A stretch of 16,669 bases of DNA, from IMG/VR virus record IMGVR_UViG_3300029732_000280. The stretch is one strand, 5' to 3'. The position numbers and the translations under genes were made by a program. The notes under the pieces are model-generated. The model was not told the origin of the DNA, did not search any database, and worked only from the letters and a program-made list of their open reading frames with translations. Of this stretch, positions 15,022-16,669 are shown piece by piece. Each line of letters opens with the position of its first letter. Position 1 is the stretch's first letter. The stretch comes from a virus. Lineage: Duplodnaviria; Heunggongvirae; Uroviricota; Caudoviricetes.

Positions 15022-15837
15022 TTACCGTAGACTTTTGCACATAGCAACATATTTTTTGCGGTTTTTCGGATGTCCCATCTTCTCCTTCACTTCATCCGGC
15101 ACATCAATCAAGCCGAACCGATAGAACATCCCGTAGATGTAAGTTACGCCCCGGATATCGCCCAGAGCTTTGGGGCCGTCTACTACTTCCCCTTTAATAT
15201 TTCCCAGAGCCAAAACAATAGAACTCCACGCCAGACTTTTACTCTTCTCCCGGCGGTCGATCCACAGCTGTTTCGTGTACTCGCCGTTCCTGCCTTTTTT
15301 AATTTCGTAAGAAAATAGCAAACCAGAGTAAGTTTTGAATTTCACACCAGCATAAGCCAGAACCACACCCCAGAAGTTTTCTTCTGTCGGATCAGTCCTC
15401 CACCGCTTCATCGCTCTGTATCTCCGCTGCCGCTCTGCTCCAACACTGATCTTCTCTTTTTCTGCTGTACTTGGGAAGTACACGCCTTTTTTATACGGAA
15501 GATATGAGGTAACAGAGGTTTTGGAGAGTTGAAGGGTATTTGCAGTTGAGAGTATGGAGGTTTTGTAGTCTTGTGTTTCTCGGTACTCTTCAAAAGTGTT
15601 TTTTACTTTCTCCGCCACATCCGATTCATACACACCAGCCGTGATGAGTAGCTTCCGTACCTTGATAGGGTTAAGGGCTAGAGCATAGCCGATGGATTGG
15701 AGAGAACAATTCTCCCCATAAAGAGCCACAGCCGCATCCATCTGCTCTTTCAGATTCTTCTCAGCATCATACTCTGGCTTCAGCTTCTTCCGGCCGCCAC
15801 CGGGCTTCCGTGGTTTATACGCTCTTTTCTCTCCCAT
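15022..15837 (-). CDS. Hypothetical basic protein, probably DNA-binding (two HTH-like segments)
   Basis: 271 aa. Basic N-terminus KPRKPGGGRKK; HTH-like SLQSIGYALALNPIKVRKLL and ILSTANTLQLSKTSVTSYL. Confidence 0.65.
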   Translation of the reverse strand: MGEKRAYKPRKPGGGRKKLKPEYDAEKNLKEQMDAAVALYGENCSLQSIGYALALNPIKVRKLLITAGVYESDVAEKVKNTFEEYRETQDYKTSILSTANTLQLSKTSVTSYLPYKKGVYFPSTAEKEKISVGAERQRRYRAMKRWRTDPTEENFWGVVLAYAGVKFKTYSGLLFSYEIKKGRNGEYTKQLWIDRREKSKSLAWSSIVLALGNIKGEVVDGPKALGDIRGVTYIYGMFYRFGLIDVPDEVKEKMGHPKNRKKYVAMCKSLR

Positions 15838-15839
15838 GA

Positions 15840-16223
15840 TTATTCGTGCAGCTCCAGCGGCAGACCATCCGGGTCATGAAAGAAAGTCATCATCTTGCCG
15901 GTATAATCATCCACACGAAGCGGCTCACATTCTATACCTAATTCTCTCAGCTCTTTCACCGTCTGCTCCACGCTCTCTACACAAAAAGCAAGATGACGCA
16001 GACCACAGGCCTCCGGGCGGTTCACACGCTTCGGCGGGTTTTCCTCAGCGAAAATCTCCAGTTCTGTGTATTCATTGACACGCAGATCCAGTTTCCAGTC
16101 CTTACGCTCCGAGCGGTAGTTTTCTCTGATGACAGAGAAGCCCAGCTTGTTCACATAAAAATTTTTTGCGGCTTCGTAGTCAGATACGATGATTGCGATG
16201 TGGTGTATTTTTGATAAATTCAT
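15840..16223 (-). CDS. VOC/glyoxalase-family protein (YaeR/YwkD-like)
   Basis: IHHIAIIVSDY, ELEIF, GLRHLAFCVESV, FFHDPDGLPLELHE (H/E/H/E metal ligands). Confidence 0.92.
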   Translation of the reverse strand: MNLSKIHHIAIIVSDYEAAKNFYVNKLGFSVIRENYRSERKDWKLDLRVNEYTELEIFAEENPPKRVNRPEACGLRHLAFCVESVEQTVKELRELGIECEPLRVDDYTGKMMTFFHDPDGLPLELHE

Positions 16224-16292
16224 TTTTCTTACGCTCCATTTCTTATAATTTTGTTCTCTTTTATTTCCATTACAAACTATATATCAACCTTC

Positions 16293-16336
16293 AAAAAATA
16301 CCGTGTGAACTTCTGGAGTTCAGTTTGTCCACACGG
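16293..16336 (-). terminator. Terminator-like hairpin after the last gene
   Basis: Minus strand CCGTG..TGAACT-CCAGA-AGTTCA-CACGG followed by TATTTTTT. Confidence 0.55.
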
Positions 16337-16342
16337 CCGATC

Positions 16343-16669
16343 TTATTTCAGTTTTTCAAGGATCTCATCCGCACTCATCCCGCTTGCCAGCAACTTCTTC
16401 AGTACAGCCTCTGCTTCGGTCTTCTTAGCTTCTTCAGCGGCCTTAGCATCTGCCTTTGCCTTCTTCGCTTTCAGGGATGCCACTTCTTTTTCGGTCTTCT
16501 TCAAAGCAGACTTCTTCTCTTTCAAGTCAGCCTTCAAAGTGTCAATGTTGGCGGAGATGGATGCGATCTCAGCAGTCAGGGAAGTGATAGATTCCTGCTT
16601 CTCCGTAATCTGGGATGCGTAGTCGTTATTAGTTTTGGGACGGTTTTTGCTGCCTTTCGTTCTGGGCAT
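16343..16669 (-). CDS. Hypothetical Lys/Ala-rich coiled-coil protein with a basic N-terminal motif
   Basis: 108 aa; the ATG is at the very end of the window. PRTKGSKNRPK is followed by heptad repeats. Confidence 0.7.
   Translation of the reverse strand: MPRTKGSKNRPKTNNDYASQITEKQESITSLTAEIASISANIDTLKADLKEKKSALKKTEKEVASLKAKKAKADAKAAEEAKKTEAEAVLKKLLASGMSADEILEKLK

Noticed and set aside
16343..16669. Flagellar FliJ-like assignment
   Set aside because: Only generic coiled-coil similarity, with no flagellar context.
1..16669. Integrase, transposase, reverse transcriptase/DGR, tRNA, rRNA or CRISPR array
   Set aside because: No supporting motifs or regularly spaced repeats were seen.

Overview
Accessory region, most likely the replication, regulation and mutagenesis part of a prophage or phage-derived integrative element in a gut Bacillota host (Faecalibacterium/Oscillospiraceae-like; inferred from gene families and composition only). 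The left arm (1-10405) is entirely on the minus strand. In transcription order it encodes an HTH plus restriction-endonuclease-like protein, a small basic protein, an XRE regulator, a sigma-region-4 protein, a DUF4406/NDT-like protein, two acidic proteins, a DUF2800 Cas4-like nuclease, a DUF2815 SSB-like protein, a phage family A DNA polymerase (Leu762 type), a small acidic protein and a truncated DUF932 gene. Two long non-coding regions in this arm are rich in hairpins. At 10437-10701 there is a switch region with face-to-face sigma-A promoters and three GAAC-N4-GTTC (Gram-positive LexA-type) boxes. The plus-strand operon (10725-14548) encodes XRE, an ImmA/IrrE peptidase, a hypothetical protein, a Y-family polymerase, YolD, a Zn-ribbon microprotein missed by the ORF track, and a small membrane protein. 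The right end has four minus-strand genes, including a VOC/glyoxalase. No integrase, virion genes, tRNA, rRNA or CRISPR array is visible. All family calls come from motif recognition, not database searches.
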